The notes under the pieces are model-generated. The model saw only the letters and a program-made list of their open reading frames with translations, was not told the DNA's origin and searched no databases. A stretch of DNA of 64,000 bases from Pseudomonadales bacterium (GTDB taxonomy: Bacteria; Pseudomonadota; Gammaproteobacteria; Pseudomonadales; Halieaceae): the NCBI GenBank assembly GCA_024234735.1, contig JACKNV010000009.1, forward strand, positions 75,162 to 139,161, written 5' to 3'. Below are positions 9,374 through 18,954 of this stretch, piece after piece. Position numbers and translations under genes: made by a program. Every line of letters begins with the position of its first letter. Position 1 is the first letter of the stretch.

Positions 9374-10722
9374 ACTGGAAGCGGCACATCGGGAATAAGC
9401 GAATGCTTGATAGCGCAGCTGACGCGAGCCGTTTACCGCCCCGCCCGCATGCTCGACTGCATCTGCGCATCTCGCTGGCCGCCGGACTGTCCCTGCTGCT
9501 GGCCGCCTGTGCCTCCTTCACCCCCGAGCCACTGCAAAACTGGCCGGACCCGGCGCGGATTCAATCGCAGACCGAGCGTGGCGCCACCGTATCCGCGGGA
9601 ATTCTCAGCGACCAGGAGGCCGAAGCCCTGTACGGGGTCGATCTCAGTGCCGTCGGCCTGCAGGCCATCTGGCTACGGGTGGAGAATCGCTCCGCGCACA
9701 GCCGCTGGCTGATGGTGTCCGCGCTGGATCCGAACTACTTTGCACCGGATGAAGCGGCGGTCCTGTTCTATCCGGTGCTGGTGGGCGATGACGAGAAGCG
9801 CCTGACAGAGCATTTCCGCCAGCTGGCAATCCCGCTGAAGACAGCGTCCGGTGAGGTGACCGAGGGCTATGTGCTAGCACCCAGGCACGAGGGTGGCCGC
9901 TATCTCACGGTGTCACTGATCGGTCGCCGGCATGTACTCAATTTCGGGTTCGCCATCACCTTGCCAGGGGACGATTTCGATTTCGCACGGCTACATCCGG
10001 CGAAAATTTATGCCGGTCTGGAGCAGCCGGAGCTGGACCTGGCGCAATTGCGCGAGCAACTGCTCGCCCTGCCCTGCTGCGTCGCCAGCGCCGAGGGCGA
10101 GGCGGCTGGCGACCCGATGAACCTGGTGCTGATAGGCAATGCCAACGACGTTATGGCTTCACTATCCCGGGCCGGCTGGTCTTTTTCGAACGTCATCAAT
10201 TTCGACACGGTACGGCGCATGATCGGCGCCGCGATATCCGGGGCAGCCTATCCGGTGGCACCTGTAAGCCCTCTGTATTTCATGGACCGGCCACAGGACC
10301 TGGCACTGCAGCGCGCCCGCAACACCATCTTGCAGCGCAATCACCTGCGCCTGTGGCTCGCGCCCTTCAGTCTACAGGGTCAGCATGTCTGGGTGGGGCA
10401 GGTAAGCCGCGACATCGACATCAAGCTGACAAGCTCCAGCAGCACCCTCACCACCCACGTGATCGACCCCAATGTCGACGAGGCCCGGGAACACGTGTTG
10501 CAAAGCCTGCTGGTTGCCGGCGCCGTGGCACGCTTCGGCTTTGTCGGGGGTATCGAGCCGTCCACCCCCGACAATCCGCACACCAATCTCAGTGACGACC
10601 CCTACTTCACCGATGGCCTGCGCCTGGTGGTACTGCTCAGCGGCAGTACCACGACGGCACCGGAGGCGGTGGGTTTTATCGAATGGCGGGACAGCCGGGA
10701 TCCGGTGAGGGAGGCGCAGTGA
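9370..10722 (+). CDS. lipoprotein with LssY-like C-terminal domain
   Basis: ATG 9370 overlaps the upstream TGA (ATGA); ATG 9403 is an alternative start. Lipobox LLLAAC. C-terminal NLVLIGNANDVMASLSRAGW...QRNHLRLW resembles the LssY C-terminal family. Confidence 0.7.
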   Translation: MNWKRHIGNKRMLDSAADASRLPPRPHARLHLRISLAAGLSLLLAACASFTPEPLQNWPDPARIQSQTERGATVSAGILSDQEAEALYGVDLSAVGLQAIWLRVENRSAHSRWLMVSALDPNYFAPDEAAVLFYPVLVGDDEKRLTEHFRQLAIPLKTASGEVTEGYVLAPRHEGGRYLTVSLIGRRHVLNFGFAITLPGDDFDFARLHPAKIYAGLEQPELDLAQLREQLLALPCCVASAEGEAAGDPMNLVLIGNANDVMASLSRAGWSFSNVINFDTVRRMIGAAISGAAYPVAPVSPLYFMDRPQDLALQRARNTILQRNHLRLWLAPFSLQGQHVWVGQVSRDIDIKLTSSSSTLTTHVIDPNVDEAREHVLQSLLVAGAVARFGFVGGIEPSTPDNPHTNLSDDPYFTDGLRLVVLLSGSTTTAPEAVGFIEWRDSRDPVREAQ

Positions 10723-12914
10723 AGGTCGCCATGGCCGCGCTCGTGGCGTCCTGGTCACGTCTGAGTCTCTCCAGCCGTATCCTGGCCGGGCTGGGAGCGG
10801 GGGTGTTGACCGGGCTGTTTTTCGGGGAAGCGGCGGCTGCGCTGCAGCCGCTGGCGGATATCTATATCCGCCTCATGCAGATGCCGGTGCTGCCCTATCT
10901 GGTCACCTCGCTGGTGATCGCCCTGGGGCAGTTGGAGATGGCCGAAGCAAAACGCCTGGCGTGGCGGGGCGGGGCCCTGTTGTTACTGGTATGGCTGACC
11001 GCCTGCCTGGTCATTGTCGCGCTGCCGCTGTCATTTCCCGACTACCAGAGCGCCTCGTTTTACAGCGATGCCCTGATCCAGCCGGCGACGCCGTTCTCCC
11101 TGACCGACCTGTACTTCCCACGCAACTTCTTCGATTCGCTGGCGCGCAACGTGGTGCCGGCCGTGGTCCTGTTCAGTTGCCTGATGGGCATCGGGCTTAT
11201 CGGCTTCCGGGACAGGGAGGCGTTGCTGGCGCCCCTGCGAGTGTGGAATGCCGCGATCGTGCGCATCACCCTGTTCGTGATCGACCTCACCCCCATCGGC
11301 GTGTTTGCCATCGGCGCGGTGGCAGCGGGCACCCTGCAGCCCGAGACCGCCGGCAAACTGGAAGTATATTTTATCGCCTTCACGGCCGGCTCACTGCTGC
11401 TCGCCTTCTGGATACTGCCGCTGCTGGTTACCGCGGTCACGCCATTTCACTACCGGGAGGTGTCCGGTATCGCCCGGGATGCGCTGCTCACCGCCTTTAT
11501 CGCCAACAGTGCGTTTATCGTCCTGCCGCTGCTCATAGAACGCAGCAAGCAACTGCTGGCTCGCCATCAGCTGCTGGACAAGGAAACGAATTCCGCCACC
11601 GAGGTGCTGATCCCGATCATGTTCAACTTCCCCAATGCGGGCAAGTTACTGACCCTGTTGTTCGTTCCCTTTGCGGCCTGGCTCAGCGGCACTCCCCTGG
11701 GGGCAGTGGATTATGGCCAGCTGTTCACGGTGGGCATACCCAGCTACTTCGCCAAGGCCCAGGTGGCCCTGCCCTTCCTGCTGGACGTATTCGGTCTGCC
11801 GCACGACCTTTTTCAGCTGTACCTACCCACCACGATCATCACCGGCAAATTCGACTCGCTGGTTACCGCGGTGAACCTGATCGTGGTCGCCTTGCTGGGT
11901 GCCGCCGCCAGCGGCGACTTCCTGGTATTCGAGCGGGCGCGGCTGCTGCGCGCCGTTGTGGCCATCGTCGGCGGGACCCTGTTGCTTACCCTCGCGATCC
12001 GCCTGCTGCTGGTGGCGTTGGTCGACACCAGCTACACCCTGGACCAGGCTGTCAGGCACATGCACAAGTCGGAGCTGGCCAGCGATACGGTTGTCCACCG
12101 TGAGCTGCCGCCCGCCGCTGAACAAACCGAAAGCACGCTATCGGCCTGGGAGCGTATTACCCGGCGCGGCTCGCTCCGAATCGGGTTCGACCCCGACAAC
12201 TTGCCCATGAGTTTCTTCAACGCCGGTGGCGAGCTGGTGGGCTTTGATGTCGAGCTGGCCCAGCAGCTGGCGCAGGCCTTGCAGCTGCGGGCGGAATTCG
12301 TGCCGGTGCGCTGGCCCGAGGTGCCGCGCCTGCTGGCCGACGGGATCATCGACGTGATGCCGGGCGTCTGGTACCGCCCGTATTGGTTCTCCACCGTGCG
12401 CCTGTCCAACCCGTACTTCATCGGCACCGTGGGCTTGGCGGTTCGCGATGAACGCCGCCAGGAATTCACCAGCATGGCGGCCCTGCGCGAGCGTCGCGGC
12501 CTGAAAATCGGCGTGCCGCTGGACGCCAGCCAGATTCGCACCGCCATGGAACGCTATTTCGGGGGCAGCGACACCGAGTTCGTGGTCGTCGAGTTCTGGC
12601 AGCCGTTCTTCGAAGGACGGCACCCGGAAGTGGACGCCTTCCTCATGCCTGCGGAGAACGCATCAGGCTGGTCGTTGCTGCATCCCCGGTACACCGTGGT
12701 GGTGCCGCAACCCGACCCCGTGCATATTCCCTCGGCCTTTGGCATGGCGCGCGATGCGGGAGAACTGGTCGACATGATCAATGAATGGGTTATTTTTGCC
12801 GACAGCGCCGGCCTTATAGAAGAGCGCCACCGCTACTGGGTGAAAGGCGAGGGCATGACGGAGACCGCGCCGCGCTGGTCGATCCTGCGCAATGTGCTGG
12901 GCTGGGGCGACTAG
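10719..12914 (+). CDS. dicarboxylate/amino acid:cation symporter-like membrane domain fused to a type-3 periplasmic solute-binding domain
   Basis: ORF track gives 10683-12914. GTG 10719 overlaps the upstream TGA. There are about 430 aa of polytopic membrane region. The C terminus then reads SLRIGFDPDNLPMSFFNAGGELVGFDVELAQQLA, typical of polar amino acid binding proteins. Confidence 0.75.
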   Translation: MKVAMAALVASWSRLSLSSRILAGLGAGVLTGLFFGEAAAALQPLADIYIRLMQMPVLPYLVTSLVIALGQLEMAEAKRLAWRGGALLLLVWLTACLVIVALPLSFPDYQSASFYSDALIQPATPFSLTDLYFPRNFFDSLARNVVPAVVLFSCLMGIGLIGFRDREALLAPLRVWNAAIVRITLFVIDLTPIGVFAIGAVAAGTLQPETAGKLEVYFIAFTAGSLLLAFWILPLLVTAVTPFHYREVSGIARDALLTAFIANSAFIVLPLLIERSKQLLARHQLLDKETNSATEVLIPIMFNFPNAGKLLTLLFVPFAAWLSGTPLGAVDYGQLFTVGIPSYFAKAQVALPFLLDVFGLPHDLFQLYLPTTIITGKFDSLVTAVNLIVVALLGAAASGDFLVFERARLLRAVVAIVGGTLLLTLAIRLLLVALVDTSYTLDQAVRHMHKSELASDTVVHRELPPAAEQTESTLSAWERITRRGSLRIGFDPDNLPMSFFNAGGELVGFDVELAQQLAQALQLRAEFVPVRWPEVPRLLADGIIDVMPGVWYRPYWFSTVRLSNPYFIGTVGLAVRDERRQEFTSMAALRERRGLKIGVPLDASQIRTAMERYFGGSDTEFVVVEFWQPFFEGRHPEVDAFLMPAENASGWSLLHPRYTVVVPQPDPVHIPSAFGMARDAGELVDMINEWVIFADSAGLIEERHRYWVKGEGMTETAPRWSILRNVLGWGD

Positions 12915-12953
12915 CCCGCCTCTTGCACCGGGCTGACGCCGGGAAGCGGGCCG

Positions 12954-13637
12954 TCAGATCCAGCGCAACGCCCTGGCGATAATCGGTGTGGCCCCGGTCT
13001 GCGCGCACTCGCCGTGGGCGATCAACAGGCGTTCGGCCTTCCAGCCCAGCACCTGGTCTCGCGCGGGCCGGGTTGCTGCGCGCCGCAGGAAACTCGCCCG
13101 CCACTCGCGCGGTGTGCTCCCATGCTGTCCGACCAGGCCGTCAAGGCGCATCACCATGCCCTTCCAACCCGACAGGGAAGATTCCCGGTGGCGCTGGATA
13201 AGATCGCCAATGATAGCGGTCCGCGAAGGACGGTGAAAAAAGGCGACTTCCTGCATCGCCACCGAGCCGCGAAAAATCACCTGGTCGATTTCCGCAGCCC
13301 AGGCAGGGTCGGGCTGGTCGCCAAGCTCGGCGGCAAAGTGGAGGTCGGACCGTTTGCGGGCCAGGCCAGGTGGTGCATACAGGCCTGCCTCGGGCCAGCG
13401 CTTTGCCCACTCGGAAAGGAACAGGTGATGGATCTTGTTCGGGGAGACGATATAACGCACCGTCCCCAGGGCTGCCACTGCACTGGCCAGCTCCCCACTC
13501 AGGGCGATGGGCGACCAGACCCACAGGTTGCCATCCGCGAGCCGCGCCAGCGCCATGCGGGTGGGGTACGGGAATCCGAAAAAAGGGACGGTCGGCCCCT
13601 CGGCCACATACAGGTTCGGTGCGAACGCTTCCAGCAT
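12954..13637 (-). CDS. DUF4336 family protein
   Basis: ORF track gives 12954-13754. Start moved to MLEAFAPNLYVAEGP. IVSPNKIHHLFLSEWAKRWPEA is typical of DUF4336. Confidence 0.75.
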   Translation of the reverse strand: MLEAFAPNLYVAEGPTVPFFGFPYPTRMALARLADGNLWVWSPIALSGELASAVAALGTVRYIVSPNKIHHLFLSEWAKRWPEAGLYAPPGLARKRSDLHFAAELGDQPDPAWAAEIDQVIFRGSVAMQEVAFFHRPSRTAIIGDLIQRHRESSLSGWKGMVMRLDGLVGQHGSTPREWRASFLRRAATRPARDQVLGWKAERLLIAHGECAQTGATPIIARALRWI

Positions 13638-13666
13638 GAGCAGACTATAGCATCGTCCGGCGCGGC

Positions 13667-14467
13667 TCAGGGCGCACTGAACGGCGGCGAGCTGCGCCGG
13701 AACAGGCCGTGCTCGAGAAAGAACACCACCTGCTCCAGCACTTCGTCGTTCCACATCATGAAGGTGTGGCCGACGGGCAGTTCGATGAAGTCGGTCATAC
13801 CGGGCAGTATGGTTTCACTCACCGCAACCGTGCCGTCGCCGCGCTCCTCGGGCTGCCCCGGCACGAACGGCAGGTAGTTGACAGTGCCGGCGATCACCCC
13901 CAGCTCGAAGCCAGCACGGCCCAGGCGGCGCGGTACCGATTGCTCGGAGGTGCCCAGTTCCGCCACGGCGGCCGGCAGCAGGGGCTGCAGCAGGCCGAGC
14001 GATGCCACGTAATCCGCCATCTGGCTTCCCTGGTTGGGCGGCCCCAGCATGACCACCCGCTGCAGTCCGGGGATATCGTGCCGGGCGAGATACTGCCTGA
14101 CCAGGATGCCGCCCAGGGAGTGGGTAACAAAATACACCCGCTGCAGTTGCAGCGCCGCGCAGCCGGCCAGGCCCTCCCGCACCGCCATATCCGCCAGCTC
14201 CGGGATGGAGTGCGTCAACGAGGGATAGGTGGGGCTGACAACCTGGTAGCCCGCCTCTTCCAGGTGCCACTGCAGCGCTTTCATGGACCAGGAAGTGCGC
14301 CCCAGGCCATGCAACAGCACCACGCAGGATGCACCTTGCGGCGCGCCCTGCCCCGCGCTTGCCGCCCGGGCCGGCACCCAGGCCGCAGCCAACAACAGCA
14401 CCAGAACCAGCAACGCGCGGGGCCTGCCTGCTGTCGCACCGTTCAACCTGGCCAGCGGCGCTCGCAT
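13667..14467 (-). CDS. secreted alpha/beta hydrolase (esterase/lipase family)
   Basis: Signal peptide, LLHGLGRTSWSM, and nucleophile elbow THSLGG. Confidence 0.8.
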   Translation of the reverse strand: MRAPLARLNGATAGRPRALLVLVLLLAAAWVPARAASAGQGAPQGASCVVLLHGLGRTSWSMKALQWHLEEAGYQVVSPTYPSLTHSIPELADMAVREGLAGCAALQLQRVYFVTHSLGGILVRQYLARHDIPGLQRVVMLGPPNQGSQMADYVASLGLLQPLLPAAVAELGTSEQSVPRRLGRAGFELGVIAGTVNYLPFVPGQPEERGDGTVAVSETILPGMTDFIELPVGHTFMMWNDEVLEQVVFFLEHGLFRRSSPPFSAP

Positions 14468-14475
14468 CGCCGGGC

Positions 14476-16902
14476 CTAGTGCAGCGCCTTGTCCACCTGG
14501 TGCTCCTGGAACACGCAGTCGAACACCTCGCGGTAGGTGCGCGCGAAGTGCACGTTGATGCCCTCGCGCAGGTAGTCGGGCAGCTCCTCGAAATCGCGGC
14601 GGTTGGCGTGGGGCAGGATCAACTCCATGATCTTGCTGCGCCGCGCGGCGATGACCTTCTCGCGAATACCGCCCACCGGCAGCACCTGGCCGGTGAGGGT
14701 CAGCTCGCCGGTCATGGCCAGCGGCCGCTTGATGCGCTCCTTGCGGGCCAGCGATACCAGGGCGGTGGCGATGGTGATGCCGGCGCTGGGCCCGTCCTTG
14801 GGGGTGGCGCCCTCGGGCACGTGCAGGTGCACCATGCTGACATCGAAGAAATCGGGATCGCAGCGGTAGTCCTTGAGATGGCTGACCACATAGCTGTAGG
14901 CGATTTCCGCCGACTCGCGCATGACGTCCCCGAGGTTGCCGGTCATCTTGAAGCCGCGATTGAGGGTGTGCACCTGGGACGATTCGATCGCCAGGGTGGC
15001 GCCGCCCATGGCGGTCCAGGCCAGGCCGGTGGCCACCCCCAGGCCGCGCAGCGGTTTGTCGGGCTGGAACGGCGGCTTGCCCAGCAGGCTGTCGATATCC
15101 TTCTTGCCCACCCGCAACTTGTCGTCACCGGCATCGAGCAGGTTGACGATGGACTTGCGCATGATCCGCGCCAGCTGCTTTTCCAGGGTGCGCACCCCCG
15201 CCTCGCGGCAATAGGAATCGATGACGTACTTCAGGGCCGCCTCGTTGATCTTCAACTGCTCCTCGCCGAGGCCGTGACGCTGCAGCAGGCGCGGCCACAG
15301 GTGGTTGCGGGCGATGGCGAGCTTTTCCTCGGCCACGTAGCCCGACAGGCGCAGGGTTTCCATGCGATCCAGCAGCGGCCCGGGGATGGTGTCCAGCTGG
15401 TTGGCGGTGCAGATGAACAACACCTTGGACAGGTCCACCCGCAGGTCCAGGTAGTGGTCCAGGAACTCGCCGTTCTGCTCCGGGTCCAGCACCTCCAGCA
15501 GGGCCGAAGCGGGGTCGCCCTGGAACGACGAGCCGATCTTGTCGATCTCGTCGAGCATGATCACCGGGTTGGCCACCTTGACCTCTTTCAGGGCCTGCAC
15601 GAACTTGCCGGGCATGGCGCCGATATAGGTGCGACGGTGGCCCTTGATCTCGGCCTCGTCGCGCATGCCCCCCAGGCTGAAGCGGTAGAACTCGCGCCCC
15701 AGGGCGTCCGCCACCGAGCGGCCTATGCTGGTTTTGCCCACACCCGGCGGGCCCACCAGCAACAGGATGGACCCCGAAATCTCGCCCTTGAAGGAGCCCA
15801 CCGCCAGAAACTCGAGGATGCGGGCCTTCACGTCTTCCAGCCCCTCGTGCTGCGCCTCCAGCACCTGCCGGGCGTGCTTGAGGTCGAGGCGATCCTCCGT
15901 GTAAACACCCCAGGGCACCGAAGTGGCCCAGTCCAGGTAATTGCGGGTGACGCCGTATTCCGGCGAGCCGGTTTCCAGCACCGCCAGTTTCTCCAGTTCC
16001 TCGTCGATACGCTCGGCGGCCGCCTGCGGCGGCTGCAGGCCCTCCAGGCGCTGCCGGAACATCTCCACCGCGGTGGTGCGGTCGTCCTTGGAGATGCCCA
16101 GCTCCTTCTGGATGACCTTCAACTGCTCGCGCAGGAAGAACTCCCGCTGTTGGGCGGACACCTTGTCATTCACCTGGCTGGTGATGCGCCCCTGCAGCTC
16201 GGCGAGTTCGCGCTCCTTGCGCAACAGGCCCAGCACTTTTTCCATGCGCGATACCAGCGGCAGGGTGTCCAGGATCTCCTGCAGGTCGTCCCCGGAGGCA
16301 GTGGTGAGGGCCGCGGAAAAATCCGCCAGCAGGCTGGGCTGGTTGGGACTGAAGTTGGCCAGGTACTGTTTGAGCTCCTCGCTGTACAGGGGGTTGAGGG
16401 GCAGCAGCTCGCGGATCTCCTTGATCAGGGCCATGGCGTAGGCCTTGACCTCGTCGGCATCGCGGTCACCCTGGCTGCGGGGGTACTCCACCTGGACCAG
16501 GTACGGGGGTTTGTCGTTCAGCCAGCGAACGATGCGGAAGCGGCGGATCCCCTGGGCCAGGAAGTGGCCGCGCTGATCGGCCACCGGCGGGCGGTGCAGG
16601 CGCACCACGCAGCCGATGTCGGGGAACTGGCGCGGCTCCACCGCGGCGGGCCCGGAGCGCTCGACGTAAGACAGGCCGAGCACGCCCTGCCCGGCCTTGC
16701 CCAGCGCCTCCAGGGTGGAGCCCCACTCCTGGGGATTGATGGCCACCGGCTGCACCTGCCCGGGAAAGAACGGGCGGTTGGGCACAGGCATCAGGTACAG
16801 CGTATCCGGCAGCACGTCGTCCACCACTGCCGGGATCGCCGCCTCGCCCCGTGCGGACATCACCTCGGGGTTGCCGTCCACCGCTTCCTCGCGTTCGCTC
16901 AT
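14476..16902 (-). CDS. lon: ATP-dependent Lon protease
   Basis: 808 aa. Walker A GPPGVGKTS and the Lon proteolytic domain PKDGPSAGITIATAL. Confidence 0.95.
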   Translation of the reverse strand: MSEREEAVDGNPEVMSARGEAAIPAVVDDVLPDTLYLMPVPNRPFFPGQVQPVAINPQEWGSTLEALGKAGQGVLGLSYVERSGPAAVEPRQFPDIGCVVRLHRPPVADQRGHFLAQGIRRFRIVRWLNDKPPYLVQVEYPRSQGDRDADEVKAYAMALIKEIRELLPLNPLYSEELKQYLANFSPNQPSLLADFSAALTTASGDDLQEILDTLPLVSRMEKVLGLLRKERELAELQGRITSQVNDKVSAQQREFFLREQLKVIQKELGISKDDRTTAVEMFRQRLEGLQPPQAAAERIDEELEKLAVLETGSPEYGVTRNYLDWATSVPWGVYTEDRLDLKHARQVLEAQHEGLEDVKARILEFLAVGSFKGEISGSILLLVGPPGVGKTSIGRSVADALGREFYRFSLGGMRDEAEIKGHRRTYIGAMPGKFVQALKEVKVANPVIMLDEIDKIGSSFQGDPASALLEVLDPEQNGEFLDHYLDLRVDLSKVLFICTANQLDTIPGPLLDRMETLRLSGYVAEEKLAIARNHLWPRLLQRHGLGEEQLKINEAALKYVIDSYCREAGVRTLEKQLARIMRKSIVNLLDAGDDKLRVGKKDIDSLLGKPPFQPDKPLRGLGVATGLAWTAMGGATLAIESSQVHTLNRGFKMTGNLGDVMRESAEIAYSYVVSHLKDYRCDPDFFDVSMVHLHVPEGATPKDGPSAGITIATALVSLARKERIKRPLAMTGELTLTGQVLPVGGIREKVIAARRSKIMELILPHANRRDFEELPDYLREGINVHFARTYREVFDCVFQEHQVDKALH

Positions 16903-17062
16903 CTGTGCTCCAGGCTCTTGTCCGAGATCAATTCAATCTGCTCTATATTGGGGCCGGACGCCGATTTTCAAGCTCGGCCGCTCCCGGGCCGTGCACCGCA
17001 GGGACCTCGAGCGGTATACTGCTGCCTCCCGGGGCAGCACCCAGACAGGAGAGGACCAGGCA

Positions 17063-18337
17063 GTGCACATAGACCAACTTTCTACCGCCGAACTGGAGCA
17101 GCAACTCGCTGCGCTGGAGGCCCGCTATGCCGAACTCGGGCAACTGGAACTGGCGCTGGACCTGACCCGCGGCAAACCCTGCAGCGAACAGGTCGCGCTA
17201 TCCGACGGGCTGGACGGCGTCCTCGCCGGCAACTACCTCAGCGGCGGCGTCGATACCCGCAACTACGGCGGCCTGGAAGGCCTGGCGGAGGCCAGGGCGC
17301 TGTTCGGTTCGGTGCTCGGCCTGCCCCCGGAGGAGACCCTGGTCGGCGGCAACTCCAGCCTGACCATGATGTACCAGGTGGTCGATTTCGCCCTCAGCGA
17401 GGGCCTGCGGGGCCCGCAATCCGCCTGGGGCAACAGCGACACGGTGAAATTCCTGTGCCCGTCACCGGGCTACGACCGCCACTTCGCCATCTGCGAGCAC
17501 CTGGGCATCGACATGATCCCGGTACCCATGCTGGACAGCGGCCCGGACATGGACGCGGTGGAAGCGCTGCTGCGGGAGGACCCCGCCATTGTCGGCATCT
17601 GGTGCGTGCCCCGCTTCTCCAACCCCACCGGCTGTACCTACAGCGATGCCACCGTGGAGCGCATGGCCGCCCTGCCGAGGCTCGCCGGGGAGCACTTCCT
17701 GGTCATGTGGGACAATGCCTACGCGGTACATACCCTCTACGACGACGCCCCGCAGCTGGCTTCGATCGCCGAGTACTGCCGGGCCCAGGGCACCCTGGAC
17801 AATGTGTTCCAGTTCGGCTCGACCTCGAAGATCACCCATGCCGGTGCCGGCGTGGCCTTCATGGGCAGCAGCCCGGCCAACCTGGCGGCGTTCTGCAGGC
17901 ACCTGGGTTACCAGAGCATCGGCCCGGACAAGGTGAACCAGTTGCGCCACGTGCGCTTCCTGCAGGATCGCGAGCGCCTGGCGGCCCACATGGCGCGCCA
18001 CGCGGCCATCATCCGGCCGCGCTTCGAGAGCGTGCTGCAGACCCTGGAAAAGGAGCTGGCGGGTACCGGCATGGGCAGCTGGACCAGCCCCCGGGGAGGC
18101 TACTTCATCTCCTTCGACACCCTGCCCGGCCTGGCCCGCGAGGTGGTGCGCCTGGCCGGCGATATCGGGGTGAAGCTGACCCCCGCCGGGGCCACCTTCC
18201 CGTACGGCGAGGATCCCCAGGACTGCAATATCCGCCTGGCGCCCACCTTCCCCCCCGCCCCGGCGGTGGAGGCCACGGTGGAAGCCTTCGTGGTCTGCGT
18301 GCAACTGGCCTCGGTGCGCCAGCGACTGGGTACTTAA
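17063..18337 (+). CDS. class I/II PLP-dependent aminotransferase
   Basis: This is the 3' part of track ORF 16697-18337; start set at GTG 17063 (VHIDQLSTAELEQQL). LDLTRGKP and FGSTSKITHAG (PLP lysine) motifs are present. Confidence 0.8.
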   Translation: MHIDQLSTAELEQQLAALEARYAELGQLELALDLTRGKPCSEQVALSDGLDGVLAGNYLSGGVDTRNYGGLEGLAEARALFGSVLGLPPEETLVGGNSSLTMMYQVVDFALSEGLRGPQSAWGNSDTVKFLCPSPGYDRHFAICEHLGIDMIPVPMLDSGPDMDAVEALLREDPAIVGIWCVPRFSNPTGCTYSDATVERMAALPRLAGEHFLVMWDNAYAVHTLYDDAPQLASIAEYCRAQGTLDNVFQFGSTSKITHAGAGVAFMGSSPANLAAFCRHLGYQSIGPDKVNQLRHVRFLQDRERLAAHMARHAAIIRPRFESVLQTLEKELAGTGMGSWTSPRGGYFISFDTLPGLAREVVRLAGDIGVKLTPAGATFPYGEDPQDCNIRLAPTFPPAPAVEATVEAFVVCVQLASVRQRLGT

Positions 18338-18471
18338 TAGCGCAACGCCTCGCTACGAAGCCGAAATCAAGGATCCGGGCGGGGAAGCCTTTTCGAATGC
18401 GAGTATCGGGGAAGCAAGCGGAAAGGCTTCACCGGCCGGGGCCGATAGCAAGCGCTAATCCTGGAAGCACC

Positions 18472-18954
18472 TCAGTGAGGGTTGTCCGGATCCAGGTCGA
18501 AGGTTTCCAGCAGCCAGTCGTAGTACAGGCCGCTGGAAAGGAAATCCAGGTAGATTTCATTGACCAGTGCCAGCAACCTGCGGGTGGCGTATTCCACGTC
18601 ACCGTCGCGCACCTGCAGGGTGAGGGCCACCTCTCCGTCGCGGTTATAGGTGCTGATGCCGACCTTGTCAGGGGCGCAGCGCCGGTGGTCCGGCAGGGCG
18701 CCATCCTGGCGCGCCCGCAGCCAGGCCTTCAACTCGCGGTACATCGGCGAGCCGGCCGGCACGGCGGGCAGCACGCAGGGCAGGCGCAGGGTCTGGCGGC
18801 GCTGGTTCCAGTGCACCTGGAACAGCTGCCCGCGGTGCCAGCGCAGCCGGTACTCACCGTTGCCGCCGCGCGTCTCGCGGCGGCTGAAGGCGCCGAACAC
18901 ACCCCGGCCAGCATAGTCCTGCAACAGCTCACCCACCTGCACAGCGGCACTCAT
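18472..18954 (-). CDS. hypothetical protein (160 aa), translationally coupled to the TPP enzyme
   Basis: Its ATG shares one base with the upstream TGA (TGATG). No signal peptide and no recognised family. Coding-like composition. Confidence 0.6.
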   Translation of the reverse strand: MSAAVQVGELLQDYAGRGVFGAFSRRETRGGNGEYRLRWHRGQLFQVHWNQRRQTLRLPCVLPAVPAGSPMYRELKAWLRARQDGALPDHRRCAPDKVGISTYNRDGEVALTLQVRDGDVEYATRRLLALVNEIYLDFLSSGLYYDWLLETFDLDPDNPH

